Notes under the pieces: generated by a model
What the model saw: the letters and a program-made list of their open reading frames with translations, nothing else
What the model was told of the DNA's origin: nothing
The model's database searches: none
Shown here: positions 40,868 through 48,549 of the stretch, piece by piece
Layout of the letters: each line of letters begins with the position of its first letter
Numbering within the stretch: the first letter of the stretch is position 1
Assembly (NCBI GenBank): GCA_032654565.1
Contig: JAULAX010000002.1
Coordinates: 175,457-239,456 of the forward strand
Length of the DNA stretch: 64,000 nt
Direction: 5' to 3'
Source: Anaeromyxobacteraceae bacterium
GTDB lineage: Bacteria; Myxococcota; Myxococcia; Myxococcales; Anaeromyxobacteraceae
Translations under genes and position numbers: made by a program

Positions 40868-41898
40868 GCGGGGAGCGGACCGAGCGCCCGTCACCGAAGC
40901 GGCTGGCCCAGGCCCGGCGCCAGGGCGAGGTGGCGGTCTCGCGCGAGCTCTCCGGCGCCGTCTCGCTGCTGGCCGGCCTGGCGGCGCTGGCGGCCTGCGG
41001 CCCCTGGTGGTTCTCGGCCCTGGCCGCCGAGGTGCGGGGCGGGCTGCAGGCGGCGGTCGCGGCCGAGCGGGTCCCCGGCGGCGCGCTGGCCTCGGCGGCG
41101 CTGGCGGTGGTCCGCCTCTCGGCCTTCCCGGCCCTGGCCGCGCTCGCGGCGGCGCTGGCGGCCGGGGCGCTCCAGAGCGGCGGGCTCTGCACCCTCCGCC
41201 CGCTGGCGCCGAAGCTGGAGCGGATCGATCCCTTCCGCGGGCTGGCCCGGCTCTGCTCGGCGGCCCGGCTCGCGGCCCTCGGGCTGGGGCTGCTCAAGGC
41301 GGCGCTGGTGATCGCGGCCGCCCTCCATGGCTGGCGCGCCACCGCCGCCACGCTGGCCCAGCTGCCGCGGGCCACGGCGACCGGCGCGGCGCTGGCCGCC
41401 CTGCTCTGGCCGCTGGCCTGGCGGCTGGCGGGCCTGCTGCTGCTGCTCGGCGGCGCCGACTGGCTGCTGGTCCGCCGTCGCCACCTGCGGCAGCTGCGGA
41501 TGTCCCGCGACGAGCTCCGGCGCGAGGCCCGCGAGGACGACGGCGACCCGGCCCACCGGGCGGAGCGGCGGCGCCTCCACCGGGCCCTGGCCGAGGCGCC
41601 GCCGGTGGCCCGCGCCACCTGCCTGGTGGTCAACCCCACCCACGTGGCCGTGGCCCTCCTCCACCGGCGCGGCTCGGACGAGGCGCCGCGGGTGCTGGCC
41701 AAGGGGTCCGGGAGCGCCGCCGCTCGGCTCCGCTCCCAGGCGCGGCGGGCCGGCGTGCCCATCGTCCGCGATCCGCCCCTGGCGCGGGCGCTCCACCGGC
41801 TGGCCGAGGTGGGCGACGAGATCCCCGAGGAGCTCTACGACGCCGCCGCCGCGGCGCTCGCCCACCTGCACGGAACCCCGCCGCCGGAGGCCACGTGA
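40864..41898 (+). CDS. sctU: Substrate-specificity switch SctU/FlhB
   Basis: RTERPSPKRL..ARRQGEV, LRMSRDELRRE..EDDGDP, autocleavage NPTH, VPIVRDPPLARAL. Confidence 0.94.
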   Translation: MSGERTERPSPKRLAQARRQGEVAVSRELSGAVSLLAGLAALAACGPWWFSALAAEVRGGLQAAVAAERVPGGALASAALAVVRLSAFPALAALAAALAAGALQSGGLCTLRPLAPKLERIDPFRGLARLCSAARLAALGLGLLKAALVIAAALHGWRATAATLAQLPRATATGAALAALLWPLAWRLAGLLLLLGGADWLLVRRRHLRQLRMSRDELRREAREDDGDPAHRAERRRLHRALAEAPPVARATCLVVNPTHVAVALLHRRGSDEAPRVLAKGSGSAAARLRSQARRAGVPIVRDPPLARALHRLAEVGDEIPEELYDAAAAALAHLHGTPPPEAT

Positions 41899-43949
41899 CC
41901 TGGCTCCACCCCCTGCTCTCCCGCCTGCGCGGCGCCGGCGACGCCGGCTTCGCCCTGGCCGTGCTCGCCCTGGTGGTGCTGCTGGTGGCGCCGGTGCCGC
42001 CCGCCCTGCTCGACGCCGGGCTGGCCTTCTCGCTGGCGCTGGCCGCCACCGTGCTGGTGGTGACGCTGCTGGCCCGCGACGCCCTGGCCTTCGCCAGCTT
42101 CCCCTCGCTGCTGCTCCTCACCACCCTGCTCCGGCTCGCCCTCTCGGTCTCCTCGACCCGCCTCGTGTTGACCCGGGGTGAAGCGGGGCGGGTCATCGAG
42201 GCCTTCGGCCGCGTGGTGGTGCAGGGGAGCCCGGTGGCCGGGGCGGTGGTCTTCGCCATCCTCACCCTGGTCCAGCTGCTGGTGGTGGCCAAGGGGGCGG
42301 AGCGGGTGGCCGAGGTGGCGGCGCGCTTCACCCTCGACGCCCTCCCCGGCAAGCAGATGGCCATCGACGCCGACCTGCGGGCCGGCCTGCTCGACGGCGC
42401 CGGGGCGGCGCGGCGCCGGCGGGCCCTGGAGCGGGAGAGCCAGCTCTACGGCGCCATGGACGGGGCCCTCAAGTTCGTGAAGGGCGACGCCGTCGCCGGC
42501 GTGGCCATCGTGCTGGTCAACGCCGTGGGCGGGCTGGTGGCGCTCTCGCTCCGCGGCCGGCCGCTGGGCGCGGCGGCCGAGCGGGCGGTGCTGCTGGCGG
42601 TCGGCGACGGCCTCACCGCCCAGCTCCCGGCGCTGCTGGTGGCGGTGGCCGCCGGGGTGGCGGTGACGCGGGTGGCCTCGGCGGAGGACGGCCAGCGGCT
42701 CGGCAGCGAGGTGGGGCGGCAGCTCTTCGGCGAGCCCCGGGCGCTGGCGGCGGTGGCGCTGCTGCTCGGCGCCATCGGCGTGGCGCCCGGGCTGCCGGCG
42801 GCGCCGTTCCTGCTGCTCTCGGCCGGGGCCGGGGCGCTGGCCTGGCGCGGGCTGCGGCGCGCCCCGGAGGCGGCCGGGCTCGAGGCGGGGGAGGGATCGA
42901 CCGAGCCGGCCGGCGGCCCGGCGGGACCGGGCGACGGCCCGCTCCGCGACGAGGACGCCGGCGCCGTGGTGCTGGAGCTGGCCGAGGACCTCCTCGAGCT
43001 GGACAGCGCCGACGGCGGCGCCTTCGTGGGGGAGCTGGTGCCGGCGCTGCGCGAGCGGCTCTGGCGCGAGCTCGGCGTGGTGGCCCCGCCGCTCCTGGTC
43101 CGGCAGGCGCCGCTGGAGCCGGGCCGCTGGGCCCTGCTCATCCACGGGGTCCCGGCCGCCGGGGGGCGGGTGGCGCTCCACGAGCGGCTCTCGCTGGCCC
43201 CGCTCGACGACCTGGCGCTGGCCGGGATCTCGCTGCGGCCGGAGCTGGAGCCGGCCAGCGGTCGGCGCGCCGCCGTGGTGTCGGACCTGGACTCGGCGCG
43301 GGCCCTGGCGCTGGGGCCGGTGCTGGGCTCCCTGGAGCGGGTCGCCGCCGCCTGCGCCGCCGAGCTGGAGCGGAGCGCCGGCCTGCTGGTGGGCGTCCAG
43401 GAAGCCCAGGCGCTGCTCGACCGGCTCGAGCCGCACGCCCCGGCGCTGGTGCGCGAGGTGTCACGCCAGGTGGCCCCGGCCCTGCTGGCCGAGGTGCTGC
43501 GCCGGCTGCTCGAGGAGGGGGTGTCGATCCGCCCGCTGCGGACCATCCTCGAGGCGCTGCTGGAGGCGGGCGGCGGGCCGCGCGGCGCGGCGGCGCTGGC
43601 GGCAGCGGCCCGACGGTCCCTGCGGCGCCAGATCGGCCACCGGGCCGGCGGCGGCCGGGCCCTCCCGGCGCTGCTGCTGGATCCGGTCGCCGAGCAGAGC
43701 GTCCGGGAGTCGCTGCTCGGGGAGTGGCCGGCGCTCGAGCCGGCGCGGGCCGCGCTCCTCCTCGAGGCGCTGGAGCGGGCGCTCCTGGCGGCGGGCGGGA
43801 CCCCGGTGCTGCTGGCCAGCGGCGACGTGCGGCGGGCGGTCCGGCTGCTGGTGGCCCCCCGCTGGCCGCGGCTGCAGGTGCTCAGCTACGACGAGCTGCC
43901 CCCGGAGCAGGCCATCCTGCCGGTGGGGCGGCTCGAGCTGGCGGCGTGA
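41895..43949 (+). CDS. sctV: Major export apparatus protein SctV/FlhA
   Basis: FHIPEP signature KGAERVAEVAARFTLDALPGKQMAIDADL...LYGAMDGALKFVKGDA; LLEEGVSIR; VLSYDEL. Confidence 0.96.
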   Translation: MTWLHPLLSRLRGAGDAGFALAVLALVVLLVAPVPPALLDAGLAFSLALAATVLVVTLLARDALAFASFPSLLLLTTLLRLALSVSSTRLVLTRGEAGRVIEAFGRVVVQGSPVAGAVVFAILTLVQLLVVAKGAERVAEVAARFTLDALPGKQMAIDADLRAGLLDGAGAARRRRALERESQLYGAMDGALKFVKGDAVAGVAIVLVNAVGGLVALSLRGRPLGAAAERAVLLAVGDGLTAQLPALLVAVAAGVAVTRVASAEDGQRLGSEVGRQLFGEPRALAAVALLLGAIGVAPGLPAAPFLLLSAGAGALAWRGLRRAPEAAGLEAGEGSTEPAGGPAGPGDGPLRDEDAGAVVLELAEDLLELDSADGGAFVGELVPALRERLWRELGVVAPPLLVRQAPLEPGRWALLIHGVPAAGGRVALHERLSLAPLDDLALAGISLRPELEPASGRRAAVVSDLDSARALALGPVLGSLERVAAACAAELERSAGLLVGVQEAQALLDRLEPHAPALVREVSRQVAPALLAEVLRRLLEEGVSIRPLRTILEALLEAGGGPRGAAALAAAARRSLRRQIGHRAGGGRALPALLLDPVAEQSVRESLLGEWPALEPARAALLLEALERALLAAGGTPVLLASGDVRRAVRLLVAPRWPRLQVLSYDELPPEQAILPVGRLELAA

Positions 43950-43989
43950 CCGGGACCGCGGGGGCCGCGGTCACATCGCCCCCAGACGA

Positions 43990-44016
43990 CAAAAGCGCCC
44001 GTGGCTCCGGGCGCTT
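43990..44016 (-). terminator. Rho-independent terminator of the ihf/HU gene
   Basis: Minus strand AAGCGCCCG-GAGCCA-CGGGCGCTT followed by TTG; sits between the convergent sctV and ihf/HU genes. Confidence 0.7.
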
Positions 44017-44045
44017 CGGGGACGGCGGGAGGTGCGGCGCCTCGG

Positions 44046-44366
44046 CTACGCCCCGGGCGTGGGCGAGCCGGAGCCGCCGCTCGGCTCCTCGCCGAGGTTG
44101 ACCCGGTCGCGCAGCTCCTTGCCGGTCCGGAAGAGGATGCCGCGCTTCGGCTTGACCGGGATGACCTCGCCGGTCTTGGGGTTGCGCCCCTGGTACCCCT
44201 CGTAGTGCTTCACGTGGAAGGCGCCAAGTCCGCGGATTTCGATGTTCTCACCGCGGCAGAGGGCGTCCTTCATCGAGTCGAAGATGGTCTCGATGGTGGA
44301 CTCCGCCTGCTTCTGGGTCACACCGCGCTTCACCACGAGGATGTTGATGAGATCCGACTTCAGCAT
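44046..44366 (-). CDS. HU/IHF family DNA-binding protein (IHF-beta-like)
   Basis: MLKSDLI...GENIEIRGLGAF...GRNPKTGE...FRTGKELRDRVN. Confidence 0.93.
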   Translation of the reverse strand: MLKSDLINILVVKRGVTQKQAESTIETIFDSMKDALCRGENIEIRGLGAFHVKHYEGYQGRNPKTGEVIPVKPKRGILFRTGKELRDRVNLGEEPSGGSGSPTPGA

Positions 44367-44506
44367 CGGCGCTCCGCGTTGACGGCCCCTCACTGGAGAC
44401 CGCTTTAGGGTGAAGGGAGACTAGCCGAAGGTTCCGAAATCGGCAAGGGTTCCACGGGCATAACGCATCGGGGTCGACTGACCCCCCCGAAAGGCCGCGA
44501 TCGGGC

Positions 44507-45808
44507 TCACGCCGGCCCCGGCTCCGGCTGCGGCGGCTGGTCCTGACCGGCCCCGGCCGGACGCGCCTCGGCGAGGTCGCAGAGCTGCTTCAGCGTGGTG
44601 CGCTGCAGCCACTTCGCCCCCTCCTCCTCGACCTCGGCCAGCGTCCGCTCCACCACGTCGAGCGCCGCCGAGGCCCGGGTCGGGGCCCGGCCGATCACCG
44701 CACGGCGCACGTCGAGGAGCGTGATCAGCTCCTCGGGCCGGCCCGGGACCAGCCCCCCGCCCTCGAGCGGCTTGAGCAGGGCGGCGGCCCGGAGCGCCTC
44801 GACCACCTCGGCCACGTCGCCATGGAGGACGCGGAGTGAACGGGCCAGCGCCCCCTCGTCGGGCGCCAGGCCGCCCGGACGCCGGTGCTCCAGCGCCACG
44901 GCGAGGAGCACCTCCCCGGCCAGCGTCTCGCGGGTGGTCGGGTGATCGGCCAGCAGCCCGCCGCGCCAGAGCGCCGGGGCGAACTGCACCACGTAGGCGA
45001 CGCGGGCGCCGGCCAGCAGGATGGCCCAGGAGACGAAGAGCCAGAGCAGGAAGGTGGGGAGGACCGCCACCGACCCGTAGATGGCGCTGTAGTTGAAGAA
45101 GCGCCGGACCGCCTCGGCGTAGCCCCACTTGGCCGCCTCCCAGGTCAGGCCGGCCACCAGCCCGGCGCTGACCGCGGCGTTGAGCCGGACCCGGGTGTGA
45201 GGCACCAGCCCGTAGATGACGGTGAAGACCGCGCAGGTGAGCAGCACGCTGCCGAGCGCGGCCAGCGAGCCGAAGCCGGTGCCGGCCAGCCAGGCGCGGG
45301 CCCCCACCCCCAGCGCCAGCGAGCCGGCCAGCAGCACCGGCCCCAGCGTCAACCCCACCCAGTAGATGACCGCCTGCCGGCCGAGGGACCGGCGGCGGCT
45401 GATCCCCCACTGGTCGTTGATGGCCCGCTCGACGTTGGAGAAGAGAGAGACCGCCGACCAGGCCAGCAAGGCGCCGCCGACCAGCCCCGCCGACGCGGCG
45501 TGGGCGTTGCTGGTGAAGCGGGTCAGGTAGGGCTCGAGCGTGGCCCGGGCGCCGACCGCCAGGTTGTCGAGGATGAAGGCGTTGAGCTGGGCGGCGATCC
45601 GATCCATGCCGGTGGCCGCCTGCACCACCGAGAAGATCACCACCAGCGCCGGGACCACGGCGAAGATGGAGAGGTAGGTGAGCGCCATGGCCCGCAGGCG
45701 GATGGACTCGCCGTCGAAGGCGCGGGTCACCGCCTCCACCGTGGCGCGCCAGAGCCGGCGGGCTCGATCGCCCAGCTGCTCCAGCGCCGCCCCGCCCTCG
45801 CCGGTCAT
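44507..45808 (-). CDS. YihY/BrkB family membrane protein with C-terminal winged-helix-like domain
   Basis: RAMALTYLSIFAVVP, VERAINDQWG, YSAIYGSVAVLPTFLLWLFVSWAILLAGA; tail GLVPGRPEELITLLDV. Confidence 0.88.
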   Translation of the reverse strand: MTGEGGAALEQLGDRARRLWRATVEAVTRAFDGESIRLRAMALTYLSIFAVVPALVVIFSVVQAATGMDRIAAQLNAFILDNLAVGARATLEPYLTRFTSNAHAASAGLVGGALLAWSAVSLFSNVERAINDQWGISRRRSLGRQAVIYWVGLTLGPVLLAGSLALGVGARAWLAGTGFGSLAALGSVLLTCAVFTVIYGLVPHTRVRLNAAVSAGLVAGLTWEAAKWGYAEAVRRFFNYSAIYGSVAVLPTFLLWLFVSWAILLAGARVAYVVQFAPALWRGGLLADHPTTRETLAGEVLLAVALEHRRPGGLAPDEGALARSLRVLHGDVAEVVEALRAAALLKPLEGGGLVPGRPEELITLLDVRRAVIGRAPTRASAALDVVERTLAEVEEEGAKWLQRTTLKQLCDLAEARPAGAGQDQPPQPEPGPA

Positions 45809-45820
45809 GGCGCCCTCGGG

Positions 45821-48340
45821 CTATCCCTCGGACGCGGGCGGGGGCTTCGGCTCGCCCTTGTTCTCGCCCTTGTTCTCGCCGCGCGGTCCGCCACCGCCGC
45901 CACCGCCGCCCCCACCGCCACCGCGACCACCACGGCCACGCCCGCGGCCACCGCGGTCCCGGCCACCACGCTCGCCGCCGCGCTCGCCGCCCCGCTCGCC
46001 ACTCCGCTCGTGCCGCTCACCGCCGCCGGTGGCTCCGGCACCGCCGGCGCTGGGGACCCCGCCGCCTTCGCGCCCCTGGTCGACCCGCTCGTGGCGGCCG
46101 TAGATGTCGAACTGCTCCTGGTGGTAGCTGCCCTGCGACTTCACCTGGATGGTCTTGTTGTAGCGATCCATCAGGTAGCGCAGCTCGTCGCGCTCCTCGC
46201 CGACCAGGACGTTGGCCACCTCGGGGTGGCAGTTGACCACCAGCACCGGGTCGGGGAAGTGCGGCGACTCCCGCCGGATCTCGCGGAAGACCTCGTAGGC
46301 GACGGTGATCTTGGACTTGAGGTGACCCTTGCCGTCGCAGTAGCTGCACGGCTCGTTCATCATCCGGGTGGTCGACTCGCGGACCCGCTTGCGGGTCATC
46401 TCCACCAGCCCCAGCTCCGAGATCTTGAGGACGTTGGTCTTGGCCTTGTCCCGCCCCAGCGCCTCCTGCAGGGACTTGAAGACCTTCTCGCGGTTCTGCG
46501 CCTTGTCCATGTCGATGAAGTCGATGATGATGATGCCGCCGATGTTGCGCAGCCGGAGCTGGTAGACGATCTCCTTGGCCGCCTCGACGTTGATCTTGGT
46601 GATGGTCTCCTCGAGGCTCTTCTTGCCGACGTAGCGCCCCGAGTTGACGTCCACCGCGGTGAGCGCCTCGGCCTGGTCGATGATGATGTAGCCGCCGCTC
46701 TTCAGCCAGACCTTGCGCTGGCCGGCCCGCTTCAGCTCCTGCTCGATCCCGAAGGCGTCCAGCACCGGCTCGTCGCCGGTGTAGAGCTCGATCGACGACT
46801 CGAGGTGCGGCGCCTGCTCGTGCACGAAGCGGAGGATCCGCTCGTACTCGTCGCGGTCGTCGATCACCATCTTGCCGACCTCGGAGGTGAAGAGGTCGCG
46901 GGTGGCGCGCAGGATCAGGTCGAGGTCGCCGTGCAGCAGCGCCGGCGCCCCCACCTTGTCCTTGGTCCGGATGATCTCGTTCCAGACCTGGATGAGGAAG
47001 CGGATGTCGGCCTCGAGCTTCTCGGCGTCGACGCCGTCGGCCACGGTGCGGACGATGAAGCCGGTCCCCTCCGGGCGCATCCGGTCGACGATCTCGCGGA
47101 GGCGGCGCCGCTCGCCGTCGCGCTCGATGCGCCGGGAGATGCCGATGTGATCCACCGTCGGCATGAAGACCAGGTGCCGGCCGGGCAGCGAGATGTGGCT
47201 GGTGATGCGGGCGCCCTTGGTGCCGATGGGATCCTTGGCGACCTGGACGATCACCTCCTGCCCTTCCTTGAGCAGGTCCTGGATGTTCTTCAGCTCGCGG
47301 GGCTTGCGCTCCTCGCGGTGGCCGCCGTGGCCGTGGCCGCCGCGGGGGCGGTCCTTGCCGTTCCGGTCGCGGTCGCGACCCTTCCGGTCTCCCTTGGCGT
47401 CGCGCTCACCCTTGCCCTCGCGGTCGCCCCGCGGCTCGCGGGCCTCGCGCGCCACCTCCCGGGCCGGCGCGGCGATCTGGCCGGCGACGGGCGGCTCGGC
47501 CAGGACCAGCAGGGCCTCGGACCCCGGCGACGTCCCGGTCGACTCGGGGAGCAGGAGGACCGCCGCCGGATGGGTGTCGGCGGTGGCCGGCACGCCGATC
47601 AGCGCCAGCTCCTCGGCCGAGAGCGGCGGGAGCGGTGCCCGGGCGGAGGCCGGCTCGAGCGGCGGCAGGGGCGGCGGCAGGTCGGTGGGGTTGGCCCAGG
47701 CCGGCACGGCCGCGGCCACGGCCGGCTCGCTGACCGGCGCCTGCACGGCGATGGGCGCGGCCTCGGTGACGGGCGCGGCCTCGGCAGCGGGCGCGGCCTC
47801 GGCGACGGTGGCGGTCTCAAAGGCGGTGGTGGTCTCGACGGCGGGCGCAGCCGCCGCGGCCGGGGCGTCCTCGGCGGCGGGGGAACCCTCGGTGGCGACC
47901 GGCGCCGCTTCGAGGTCCGTCGGCTCCGGGGCGGCCCCGTCCAGCGGGGCGGCGGCGGCCGGCTCGGCGCCATCCGGCGACGGCGCCACGGCCGCCTCCT
48001 GGGCCCTCAGCTCCTGCTGCTCGGCCTCCTCCTCGGTGGGGACCTCGGCCGGACCGACGGCGTGCTCGCCCTCGGTCAGCTCGAACTCCTCGGAGAAGTC
48101 GGGGTCGCCGTAGACGTCGCCGACGTAGAGGAAGGCGGCCTTCTCCAGGCCGATGTCGACGAAGGCGGCCTGCATGCCGGGGAGGACCCGGACCACGCGC
48201 CCCTTGTAGATGTTGCCGACGATCCCCTTCTCGCGCTTTCGCTCGAGGTAGTACTCGTGGATCGTCCCGTTCTCGATCAGCGCGACGCGCGTCTCCGCGC
48301 CTGCGGCGTTGATTACGAGGCTGCTCTTGTTCTCGGCCAT
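45821..48340 (-). CDS. rne: Ribonuclease E/G family with long low-complexity insertion in the S1 domain
   Basis: GNIYKGRVVRVLPGMQAAFVDIG; VQVAKDPIGTKGARIT; AVDVNSG; LRLRNIGGIIIIDFIDM; CSYC Zn link; RGG-rich C-tail. Confidence 0.92.
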   Translation of the reverse strand: MAENKSSLVINAAGAETRVALIENGTIHEYYLERKREKGIVGNIYKGRVVRVLPGMQAAFVDIGLEKAAFLYVGDVYGDPDFSEEFELTEGEHAVGPAEVPTEEEAEQQELRAQEAAVAPSPDGAEPAAAAPLDGAAPEPTDLEAAPVATEGSPAAEDAPAAAAAPAVETTTAFETATVAEAAPAAEAAPVTEAAPIAVQAPVSEPAVAAAVPAWANPTDLPPPLPPLEPASARAPLPPLSAEELALIGVPATADTHPAAVLLLPESTGTSPGSEALLVLAEPPVAGQIAAPAREVAREAREPRGDREGKGERDAKGDRKGRDRDRNGKDRPRGGHGHGGHREERKPRELKNIQDLLKEGQEVIVQVAKDPIGTKGARITSHISLPGRHLVFMPTVDHIGISRRIERDGERRRLREIVDRMRPEGTGFIVRTVADGVDAEKLEADIRFLIQVWNEIIRTKDKVGAPALLHGDLDLILRATRDLFTSEVGKMVIDDRDEYERILRFVHEQAPHLESSIELYTGDEPVLDAFGIEQELKRAGQRKVWLKSGGYIIIDQAEALTAVDVNSGRYVGKKSLEETITKINVEAAKEIVYQLRLRNIGGIIIIDFIDMDKAQNREKVFKSLQEALGRDKAKTNVLKISELGLVEMTRKRVRESTTRMMNEPCSYCDGKGHLKSKITVAYEVFREIRRESPHFPDPVLVVNCHPEVANVLVGEERDELRYLMDRYNKTIQVKSQGSYHQEQFDIYGRHERVDQGREGGGVPSAGGAGATGGGERHERSGERGGERGGERGGRDRGGRGRGRGGRGGGGGGGGGGGGPRGENKGENKGEPKPPPASEG

Positions 48341-48549
48341 GGCGGACCCCAGTGAGCCCGGGCCGGTGGCGCGAACGGGGCGAGGTCAGCCGGACTGGCC
48401 AACCACGATCGAAGCGTCCCCGGCGGCGCCGGGGCCTTCGCATCTTGTTCGGAGCAGGTGCTCACGAATCCGCCACCCTTCGCGCCGGGCGGCCGCGAGG
48501 TTCGCGGCCCGGTCCCGGGGCATGAATCGCTTGAAGAAACTCGAACCCT

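Noticed and set aside
35859..43949. Ordinary flagellar export operon
   Set aside because: The ring protein is a short SctJ-type lipoprotein, not FliF, and no fliG, fliI, flg, mot or flhF genes adjoin.
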